From positions 66,650,001 to 66,714,000 of the forward strand of contig OZ024747.1 of NCBI GenBank assembly GCA_964016885.1: a DNA stretch of 64,000 nucleotides, written 5' to 3'. Numbering within the stretch: the stretch's first letter is position 1; every line of letters starts with the position of its first letter. The translations under genes and the position numbers were made by a program. The notes beneath the pieces were generated by a model, which was not told where the DNA came from, did not search any database, and saw nothing but the letters and a program-made list of their open reading frames with translations. The DNA is from Eledone cirrhosa (Eukaryota). Of this stretch, positions 53,214-64,000 are shown one piece after another.

Positions 53214-55013
53214 TTTATTCTGCTTTTATTCTGCATCGCAATTATACCATTAAGTAAAATGCTCAATGAAACAAAACATGGATATAAAGTCTATGACAAA
53301 ACCATTAATCACCTGTTCTACATGGATGACCTGAAACTATTTGCAAAAAATGATGAACAATTGCAAGGGCTATTATCCACTGTGGAGCAGTTCAGTGATG
53401 ACATTAAAATGGAGTTTGGACTAGATAAATGCGCCAAAGCAACGTTCACCAGAGGAAAGCTGCTGAAGAGTTCAGACATTAATCTTGATCGGGGGAACGT
53501 GATAAGAAAACTTGATCAAGAAAAATCTTACAAATATCTAGGTGTTTGTAAAGGAGACGGAATCAAGCACTCGACAATGAGGGAGAGGATAAAGAAGGAA
53601 TGTTACCGCAGAGTAAGAGCAATCTTAAGAACGGAATTGAATGCAAGGAATAGGATCGATCCCATAAACACGCTTGCCATACCAGTAGTAACCTACAGTT
53701 ACAATGTCATCAACTGGTCAAGCACAGAGATCCGTAGGCTCGATACAAAAATTCGAAAATTATTAACCATTCACAGAATGCATCACCCTAAGGCAGATAT
53801 AGATAGAATATATCTCCCTAGGAAAGAAGGAGGACGTGGGTTAATCCAGTTAGACATTGCGTTGAAAACTGCAACAATTGGATTATCTACATATCTAAGG
53901 GAATCAGATGATTGGATGATCAAACTCGTTTTGAAACACGAAAGCATCAAAAGATCATATTCCATTACAAAAGATGCACAAAGATACAGTAATGGACTAC
54001 AAATTTCAGAAGTCCCATTTACTGCTGAAATGGAAAACACAGAAAAAGCAAAGCAGGTAAAAGTAACTGCAAAGAAAGAACTGCTACAGAAACTGGCTAA
54101 GAAATGGCAAGAAAAGCCTCTGTATGGAAAATACCCAGAGCGAGCTAACAATCCTGATGTTGATAAAACTTTAACCCATCAGTGGTTGGCATCCTCTGGA
54201 CTGAAATCGGAGACTGAAGGACTGATTATATCGGCAAAAGATCAGTGTCTGCCAACAAAAAATTACCAAGCCAACATAATAAAAAATGGGTGCAGCCCAT
54301 TATGCCGTGTATGCAAAAAACAACCAGAGACCATTGACCATATAATTTCAATGTGCAGTCCTATAGCTCCAACCGGATACCTAAACAGGCATGACAGAGC
54401 TGCACAATACATACACTGGATAATGTGTAAGCATTTTGACCTGCCCCATCAAAAGAATTGGTGGGAGCATCAACCACCTCCCATACTTGAAAAAGATCAC
54501 ATCTCAATCTTGTGGAACTTTAGCATCCAAACAGACCGAAAAATAGATGCAAATAGACCTGATATAATATTGAAGGACTTTCAAAAGAGGGTATGCCTGC
54601 TAATTGATATGTCTGTTCCAATAGACAAGAATGTATCTATAAAAACATTTGAAAAATTGAGCAAGTATAAGGACCTGGAGATAGAAATTGGAAAAATGTG
54701 GAAATTGAGAACTAAAACAATACCAGTGGTTGTAGGCGCTCTGGGAATGATACCTAAGGGGTCTAATGATTACTTATCGCAAATCCCAGGAAACCCGCGT
54801 ATAGGAGAAATACAAAAGATAGTACTAATGGGAACTGCCCATATACTAAGGAAGATTCTGTCAATATAAGTACATCACAAGTCTAAACACTAAAGATGCA
54901 TGTGTGAGTATGTATGTTCTTTCTTGAACATGGCGGACCTTGTTGTCTCTTGAGGTCACTGGTTGTGACTTGGTGATAACTCGTATGAACATAAAGCAAG
55001 ATAAATGCAACTG
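53214..55013 (+). mobile_element. Second Dong-C 3' segment (ORF 53259..54869)
   Basis: Near-identical to about 51320-53108. Confidence 0.92.
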
Positions 55014-55038
55014 TAATAATAATAATAATAATAATAAT

Positions 55039-56994
55039 CACCTCCACACAAACAACTTGTTACCGGACGAACAGAAAGAATGCCGAAAGAAGTCACGTGA
55101 TACAAAGGACCAGTTACTTATTGATAAGATGGTAATGAGGAATTGCAAGAGGAGACACACTGGTCTTGCCATGGGATGGATAGAGTACAGAAAGGCATTT
55201 GACATGGTGCCTCATTCCTGGATCACCAAAACCTTGGAGATCTTCAAGGTGGCAGATAACATCAGACAGTTGTTGGGCAAAAGTATGGGGTCCTGGGAAA
55301 CAGAGTTAACATCAACTGGAGAATCCTTGGGAAGCGTGAAGATCAAGAGAGGTATCTTCCAGGGAGATAGTCTGCCCCCTCTGTTGTTTGTCCTTGCCCT
55401 GATGCCCCTGACCAGTGTACTGCGAAAAGTGAGAGCAGGATACAGGTTGGGAAAGGGAGGGCTTACCATCAATCACCTCCTCTTCGTGGACGATCTTAAG
55501 CTCTTCGGGAAGAGTGAGAAGGAGCTGGATGTGCTTGTTGACACTCCGTATTTTCAGCAATGATATATGTATGCAATTTGGTATTAGTAAGTGTGGAGTC
55601 ATTGTGATGAGGAGGGGTAGGTTGAGCAGAAGTAACGGAATCCAGATACCAACAGGTGAGATGATAAAGGAAATTGACTCTGAGGAAGGATACAAGTATT
55701 TGGGCGTTCTGTAGGCTGATGACATCAAGAACAAAAAAATGAAGGAATTGATAAGAACTGAATACCTTCGGAGAGTAAGGAGCGTATTAAAGTCACATCT
55801 GAACCGTAGGAATGCCATAAGTGCAGTAAATTCCCGAGCTGTGTCTATTATTAGGTACAGTGCGGGAATTCTGAGATGGAATGTTGCTGAACAAAAAGAA
55901 ATTGATAGGAAGACTAGGAAGCTATTGACTATCTACAATATATTCCACAAGAGGAGTGATGTCGATAGACTCTACTTAAGGAGATCTGAAGGTGGAAGAG
56001 GTCTTATCAGCATAGAGGACTGTGTTCAGATGGAGAAAAACAACCTACACAAATACATGACTGATAGTAAGGAGCCAATGCTGAGAACTGTACTGAAGGA
56101 GGGGACAATAGGCCAGGGGATGTCCAAGGAGGAAATAACATCAAGGGTAAAGAGCAGCCTTCAGGAAAAATCCCTTCATAGTACCTTCTTTGAGAAAACT
56201 GAATTTAGAGATCCACAGACATGGAACTGGTTGAAAAGAGGAGACCTTAAAAAGGCTACAGAAGCAATGTTAATGGCTGCGCAGGAGCAGGCCCTCAAAA
56301 CGAAGTGGTTGAAACACCACATTTACAAGGAGGAGGCTAGCCCACTGTGCAGGATCTGTCGAGAGAGAGGAGACTGTGGTTCAAATTGTATCCGAGTGTA
56401 AACACCTAGCCCAGACTCACTATAAGGGCTGGTGACATGATGTGATGGGCTGGGTGATCCACTGGCACCTATGCAAAGTAAACAATTTACCACATTCTGA
56501 GAAGTGGTATGAGCATAAGCCAAAGGCGGTGATATAAAACGATCAGGTGAAGGTGCTGTGGGGTTTTAGGATACAGACGGACAAGAAACTGGATCACAAT
56601 AGACCTGACCTGGTGGTTTTGGACAAAGAAAAAAGATCGTGCCTGATTGTGGATGTGGCCTGCCCATTCGACACGAGAGTGCAAGAGAAGGAGAGGGAGA
56701 AAATTAACCGATATCAGGACTTAAAGTGGGGGGTAAAAACGATTTGGAACTGCCATGAAGTCAAAGTGATCCCGATTGTCATAGGCGCACTAGGCACTAT
56801 CTCAAATAGTTTCCAAGAATGGTTAAAGAAAATTGACCCCTTCACGCTTTTTGGAACGCTTCAAAAGGCATGCTTCCTGGGAACAGCAAGAACCCTCCGA
56901 TACGTCCTGAATATCTGAGGCTGCAGGTAGTGGCTTGATATTCATTTCAACAAACTTTCCAGTTAACTAACATCAATGACTGAGACTCAAAGAG
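55039..56994 (+). mobile_element. 5'-truncated, decayed Dong-B copy
   Basis: Homologous to the reverse complement of about 6863-8820; has stops and frameshifts; (TAA)n flanks. Confidence 0.92.
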
Positions 56995-57004
56995 TAATAA
57001 CAAC

Positions 57005-57040
<36 letters not shown>

Positions 57041-58053
57041 TTCTGAAGGTGGAAGAGGTCTTATCAGCATAGAGGACTGTGTTCAGATGGAGAAAAACAA
57101 CTTACACAAATACGTGAATGATAGTAGGGAGCCAATGCTGAGAATTGTACTAATGGAGAGGACAATAGACCAGGGGATGTCCAAGGAGGAAATAACAACA
57201 AGGAGAAAGAGCAACCTTCATGAAAAATCCCTTCATAGTACCTTCTTTGAGAAAACTGAATTTAGAGATCCACACACATGGAACTGGTTGAAAAGAGGAG
57301 ACCTTAAAAAGGCTACAGAAGGAATGCTAATGGCTGCGCAAGAGCAGGCCCTCAAAACGAAGTGGCTGAAATACCATATTTACAAGGAGGAGGCTAGCCC
57401 ACTGTGTAGGTTCTGTGGAGAGAGAGAGAGGAGACTGTGGCTCACATTGTATCCGAGTGTAAACACCTAGCCCAAACTCGCTATAAGGGCTGGTGACATG
57501 ATGTGATGGGCAGGGTGATCCACTGGCACCTATGCAAAGTAAACAATTTACCACATTCTGAGAAGTGGTATTAGCATAAGCCAGAGTCGGTGATGGAAAA
57601 CGATCAGGTGAAGGTGCTGTGGGATTTTAGGATACAGACGGACAAGAAACTGGAACACAATAGACCTGACCTGGTGGTTTTGGACAAGGGAAAATGATCG
57701 TGCCTGATTGTGGAAGTAGACTGCCCATTCGACACGAGAGTGCAAGAGAAGGAGAGGGAGAAAATTAACCGATACCAGGACTTAAAGTGGGAGGTAAAAA
57801 GGATTTGGAACTGCCATGAGGTCAAAGTGGTCCCGATTGTCATAGGCGCACTAGGTACTATCTCAAAGAGATTCCAATGATGGTTAAAGAAAATTGGTCC
57901 CGCCCCGCTTTTTGGAACACTTCAAAAGGCATGCTTGCTGGGAACAGCTAGAACCCTCCGATACGTCCTGAATGTCTGAGGCTGCAGGTAGTGGCTTGAT
58001 ATTCATTTCAACAAACTTTCCAGTTAAATAACATCAATGACTGAGACTCAAAG
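57041..58053 (+). mobile_element. 5'-truncated, decayed Dong-B copy
   Basis: Starts at SEGGRGL directly after (TAA)n and ends with the shared 3' UTR GACTGAGACTCAAAG. Confidence 0.92.
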
Positions 58054-58331
58054 AACAATAATATTAATAATAATAATAATAATAATAATGTTTTCTTTAT
58101 TAACCACAAGGGTTTACATAAAGTAGACATTAAGGACAGTACAGGACAATACAGGACGGTACAAATGGGCATTTCTGCGTGTAAAAAACAGAGGATGAAA
58201 TAAAATAACAAAGAAAAATTCCCCAATAGGGGGGAGACTTCCGAGGGACATTTGTGGAGAAAGCCCATTAAAAGACCACAGTGACCCTGACCACCAGGGC
58301 AAGTGCCCTCTCCCAGTTTTCCACCCTTAAT

Positions 58332-61300
58332 TTACAGACACATACTCAGAGTAGGCCCATTCATTCGGGCCATACTTGCTTCTCTCACCCATCTTTCAAC
58401 AAAATGCAGGGAAGAGAGCATTTCCCTCTCTACCCTGATTTTCCTTTTCAAATGAAATTTGAAAAAGTTAATCAGGGCATCACCGAAGAGGTAAGTGCTC
58501 GTCTTCAGCCCTTTCAAACGTGTCCACCATACTATCTCTTTCGCCATGGCCACCAGACAGATAAAAACTGCCTGCCCTTCCCGGCTAAAGGAAGAGGGCG
58601 GGGCAATCCTCACGATGGACTCAGCTGATAGCTGGATCCGTCCTACACGTTACAGCAGGTGTTCGACATAAACCCACAAGTCAACAATGCTCGGACACTG
58701 GACGAGTGCGTGCAGGACGGTTTCGTCGCCCTGCGCGCATCTCGGACATGCCCGGTTGACGGCACCTCCATGCCTGTAGAGTTTATCCCGAACTGGCAAA
58801 GCTCCCCGGTAGCACTGCCAAGCCAGGGATTTCTGGAAGTTGTCCATAGGCCCCGGCCCGAAAGTCCTTCCGAAGAGATTGGCTAGTTGATTTTCGTCAA
58901 CGCCTAGAGTTTCTCCAAGTACGTCGTCGCTCTTCCCCTCCACTAATCCCCTATAGAACGCCAAGGTGGAGTTTCCACCGATCACATTGCCCGATTGGTC
59001 GAGGGCTGTGAGCGCCTGAAGACATTCCAGTCTCCAAGCGCTCCCTCTCGGTCTTCGCTTGACCCAGGACTGCAGCTCCGTCAAGGAGACGAGCTGGGGA
59101 AAAACGTGTCTAGCAAACGGCGACCACACCTGATCACCGTCGAGGAAGAGGTGGAGATGTTGTAGCCTGAGCGCGTGTCTGCGCATCATCAGCCACGGCA
59201 TGCCCAGCCCTCCACGTAGCGGGTGTTGACAGCATATGGACCTCCTGACCATCGGAGCGCGTCCCTTCCACAAGAAGCGAAAGAGCAAACGCTCCAGTGC
59301 AGTCAGGCGGGGCTTAGGACAAGGTACGACGGTCAGGCGATAGTAGATGACGGATGCGATGTACGCATTCGCCACATCCGCTCGACCTTTCAGGGATAGC
59401 TTCCTCTCGGCCCATTTCTGGGTGAGAGAAGCCACCCTGCTCGTCACCTCGTCCCAGTTTTTGTCCGTCTGGAGGTCTGGACCGAACCAGACCCCTAGCA
59501 ATTTAACCGGTCCGTCCGTCCAGCGCCCGACGTCGCTGTTAGACGGCATGGACCTGCCTCTCCAGGTGCCGAGCTGCAGGCCCACTGACTTTTCCTGGTT
59601 GATCATTGCTCCTGTCACCGCATCGTATTCTCTTAGTGTAGTGCCGATCGCCTCGATGTGTTTGGCGTTCGACACCACTACGGTGACATCGTCCGCATAT
59701 GCTGACACGGATCTTCCGCATCCTAGTTCGCGCGGGACCCCCCCTCAACGTCTCCAGTTTGTGCAGTAATGGCTCGAGAGTCAATACGTACAATAGGGAC
59801 GAGAGGGGACATCCTTGGCGGACCGAGCGCATGATGTTGAACGGTTCCGAAAGGTGACCGTTCACTCTCACTACAGAGCAGATGTCGCTGTGCATGGCAG
59901 CGATCCAGCCTCTGAAGACGGGCCCAAAGCCAGCCGCCCTCAGGACTGCCGCTAGGTAACGATGGTCGACCCTATCGAAGGCTTTCGACTGATCTAAATT
60001 GATCAAAGACCCACCCGTGCCAGGTTCCCTAGCTACCCTCTCTACGATGTATCGCATGAGGTGGAGGTTGTCGTGGATGGATCTGTCGGGAATGGCGCAT
60101 GTCTGTGCCTCTCTCACCAGACCACCAACGACAAGCGCCAACCTATTTGCTAGAACCTTGGCCACAATCTTGAACTCTGTGTTTAGCAGAGTTATGGGCC
60201 TAAAATTATCTATGTTATCCCCCTTGTTCGGATCCTTTCTCAGCAGCGCCACCGCTCCTCGGCTCACAGAGCTGGGAATTCTCCCGTTCTGTTGCCAGTT
60301 GCAGTAGACGTCCGCCATGAGGCCTCCGAACAAGTCTGGTATTTGTACGTAAAGTTCATAGGGCAGACCATCCAAACCAGGTGATTTACCCCTTGTGCAG
60401 CCAGTCATTGCCTCCCGTACTTCAGCGGTTGTTATCGGCTTTTCGCAACACTCCGCCTCAGTGGCCGAAAGCTGCGGCAGTCCGTCGAGGTAGACACTAA
60501 AGTCCATCCCTCTACCCGGCCCGCCACTGCCCCCGAACAGTTGAGCGAAGTGTCGCTGAAAAGCTTCACACATTTGCCCGGGATCGAGTAGCATGCGCCC
60601 GTCGTGGTCCACCTAGGACCGGATCGTGGCTTTATTGCCTCGACGCGCCTCCGCCACTCGGGCCCATTGAACGGCTTTCGTCCCCTCGTGTCTGAGAGCA
60701 CGCACCCTAGCTCTGACAACGCAGCCTTCGTGCTTTGCATTGAAGAATTGGTCAAGGGCCAATTTCGCCGCAAGTACGTCGGTCGCGATGCCTTTGCTAA
60801 GCGCCTCGTCTAATTTTTTAACTAATTCTCCCTCTGCTCTATTTTTCTCTATTGCTAAAGCCTTACTAAATCTAATGGACTCTATTCTAATTGCTCTTTT
60901 CAGAGCAAACCACCACTTGTTGTTGACGATGGCCCCCGTCAACGCCCGCTTAACTAGTTCGCTAATCCGGTCTCTGTAGGCCTTGCGCGCTGGTAAGGAC
61001 GCGTTTAGCTTCCAGTAGCCGGGTCCTCGTCTATGAAGCCTATCTAAGTCAAGCACACAGATCACGAATTTGTGGTCCGTGTAGCTGACTATCTTGAATT
61101 GTGGACAGCCTATGCTAGACCTATCTATTTCCCTACAAAATACTCTATCTAGATATGATCTGGATGACCCTATGCGATTTGTCCAAGTCCACATTGGTAC
61201 ATTCGGGAAATCCATTCGGTACCTGTCAGACAGTTCAAAACGCCTGAGCAGGTGGGTGAGACTCTTGTACCCACCTTCCCTATCCACTATTCCCACACAA

Positions 61301-61752
61301 TCCCAGCGTGCATCTAAGATCCCGTTCCAGTCGCCCACTAACACTAAAGAGCGGGACGTTCCAAGAAAGGTCTCCAGACGCCGGAAGAAATCAGGCCGCC
61401 CTGCTCCTGTCAGGGCATAGACGGCCACTAACCTGAAAGCTTGCCCGTCTCCGCTTGTCACGTCCAGCACCACCAACTTACCTTCTGGGTCCAGGAAGAT
61501 GGCCCGTATGGCAAGATCCAAACCTCTCCGAAAAAGCACAGCAACTCCTCCCCCCGATCCCGGACGGCTGGGAGATGCGTACACATCGTAGCCGCCGAAG
61601 ATCGGTGCGAAGGCCCGTGCTTCAGAGATTCTGGTCTCGCTGATGGCCACTACATCTATGTTTAGTGACCTGAGGTCGTTGAGCAGGTGGCCCTGCTTCC
61701 ATGACGACCCCAAGTCACGCGCATTTATGCTGCCTATTCTGAGTGAGGTCAT
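58332..61752 (-). pseudogene. Tx1 C ORF2 (stops at 60613 and 58650, frameshift near 59740)
   Basis: ORFs 60613..61752, 59539..60612, 58650..59708 and 58332..58613 are colinear with A2 ORF2. Confidence 0.92.
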
Positions 61753-61786
61753 GTTGAAAAGGAATGGAAAAGATGGGAAAGACCAC

Positions 61787-63777
61787 TTACCTTACTTCTC
61801 GTAGGGGAAGGACGGTTTTTCCCTCCTTTTCACTGCTTGTGGCCTCCTCAGGAAGGATGTCCTTATAAATCCTCCTGGAGAGTGCTTGTCAGAAGTCTCC
61901 GATGTCTTTGGGGAATATTTGTTTTAGTGTCATGTACGTTTTCTGTGTGATGCGAGTGATTTGTATGTGTGGAGGTGGTGTGAAATTTTGGGTTGTTGTG
62001 TAGTCTTTTTCTGTGATGCTGGTGTTGTGTTGGATGTGGTGTAATAATTGCTTGTTGTTCAAATTAAATGCTGTGTAGTGTGTATCGTTTTGGTTGTTTT
62101 GTTTTGTTTGCGTTTGTTCTGGGTTTGTTTCTGTTTCGCATTTTGGTGACTTTTGTGGTGTAGGTGATGGTGGTGTTGGGGTTAATGATGGTGATGGTGT
62201 TGGTGTTTGGGTTGATGGGGTTGGTGATGCTGGTGTGGATGGTGGCATATCTGTCCTAACTTTTTTGTTTGTTAATTTATTTGTTTCCCTCTGTATTTTG
62301 TTTTTGGAGGGGGAAGGAAGAGAATTTTTTCTTTTTTGGTTTCTTTATTTTTTTCCTGATACCGTTTCCCACTCCTCGTCGTCACAATCTGTCTCCAGTT
62401 GTGATAGGCCGGGGAGTGGAAAATCCTCCACAGGCGTTAGTTTTGGTTGTGGCGTGGTGGATGGTGTAGGCGCTGGTGCTACTTCTGAAGCGTTGGGTGG
62501 TGGTGGTGTTGGTTTTGCTGGTGGTGGTGGTGTTGGTTGTGCTACTGTTGCTGGGGTTGTTGCTGTTATAGTTGCTTCTGTTGTTGCTGCTACAGTTGTT
62601 GCTGCCATCTCTGCTACTGGTGGTGTTGATGGTTGTGTCACTGGGGTGGGTAGGAGAGGTGGCCTCAACCTTTTAGCCTGAGGGCAGAAAGCCCTTAGGT
62701 GGATTCCTTCACCACAAACGACACACCTAGGCCTTCTGCCCTCGACAATTACGGTGAGGTGGCTGCCGTCAGTGAGGTCTATTACCTCTGGGATCTCCTC
62801 AATGCTTTTTTGGTCCGCTTGGATCAGGAGCTCCATCCCAGATCCGGACCAGTTCTCCTGCTTTTCTTTTGCTATTGCTATTATCTTTGTGTTGGCTTCG
62901 ATGCCGGCGAGGACGGCCGCTATTAGCCAGGGAATTTCGATGGCCGGTGGAACGTGGGTCACCCTGATCTTTACAAGTCTCTGGCCACAATAGCTTTGGA
63001 CGAGTGTGAAGTCGTCACTTCTTAATGGAGCCATGGAGTGTTCTCTAGCCTCCTCTGGTGTTTCAAAGAACACGTCCACGGTTCCATATTTCTGCCCACG
63101 TCTGATGTGGGTTAATTTTGCCCACACATGTCCCAAAGCTTTTTGGATTTGGGACTCGGATGCCCGTTCCCCTCGGCGCGATTTTACATTTATTGTTCGA
63201 TACGACACGGTGCATAGGCGCCGATGCTCCATTTTATTAGGGGGGGGCTGACCCTGTACCCATCTTTCTTTACCATTTGTTTGGCATTTTCTAATTCCTC
63301 CTGAGTTACCGTATATGCTTCGCACTGTTTTGCTACTCTGGCAAAACTCAGGGTGGTTTTTTTAATGTCATTGTTGTTGTTGTTGCTATCGTTATTTTTG
63401 TTATTATTAATTTTAGTTTCAGTTGTGGTGGTGGTGACGTCAGTGGTGTTGGGTGTGGAAGTGGAAGAGTCCATTTTGGTTGAAATTATTTCGTCATCAC
63501 GAGTTGATTTATTTTTTCCTTTTGTTTCTGTTGTCGCGGTGGTGGTGGGGGTGGTGGTTGTCGCGGTGGTGGTGGTGGTGGTGGAGGCTTTAACACCTGC
63601 AGTCATTGGTAATGGCGGGAAATGAATGTCTGCCTGAGACAAATTTAAAATATTGCTACTGCTTATATTTTTTGTAGTGTTGGCAAACGTAGTAACATTT
63701 ACAATGGTGGTGTCGGTGTGAGGTGTTAATTTGTGAGGAAGGCTTTCAGCTGCTTGGTGCAGAGGTGAATTAGCCAT
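61787..63777 (-). pseudogene. Tx1 C ORF1 (frameshifts and stops)
   Basis: MANSPL start, CVVCGEGIHLRAFC knuckle, C-terminus ...KTVLPLREVR*. Confidence 0.88.
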
Positions 63778-64000
63778 TTTTTTCAAAGAAATTTTTTGAT
63801 AATCATAAAAGTTTAAATTTTGGGCACAAGGCCCCAATCTTTTTGGGTGTCCTTTTCGGAAAACAATGTATGTGCGCTTATATATAGTTAACAATAAAGA
63901 TTTTCCATAAATGGCAATTTTTAACAAACGGAAATAACAAACCTTTGCGGAGCTCACGATGATACGATTTACTACGTAGGTCACCAATAATAATAATAAT

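Larger units (their letters stand above)
58089..63985 (-). mobile_element. Full-length decayed Tx1 element, family C (A-like ORF2, different 5' UTR and ORF1)
   Basis: ORF2 fragments are nearly identical to A2 while ORF1 is only distantly similar; (TAA)n at both ends. Confidence 0.93.

Overview
AT-rich, microsatellite-laden eukaryotic DNA, most likely a cephalopod (Octopus-type SINEs; inference). It is dominated by retroelements and contains no confidently identifiable host gene. Two mirror-oriented clusters (about 1.2-18.7 kb and 44.3-64.0 kb) are chains of non-LTR retrotransposons separated by (TAA/TTA)n tracts. They contain Tx1/L1-clade elements (ORF1 with CCHC knuckle; ORF2 APE-RT) and R4/Dong-clade elements (RT plus restriction-like endonuclease). 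The two classes always sit in opposite orientation relative to the microsatellite. One Tx1 copy (44803-50812) is fully intact. All full-length Tx1 copies carry GGTAAGT at the end of ORF1 and a downstream AG that would define a 52-53 nt intron fusing ORF1 in frame to ORF2. The middle region holds Penelope-like element pieces with minimal hammerhead ribozymes, two of them inside a perfect 442-bp palindrome. It also holds a foldback element with two convergent tRNA-like units, hAT, Tc1 and Helitron-like relics, SINEs and a weak candidate host micro-exon. All calls were made by eye; no searches were run.
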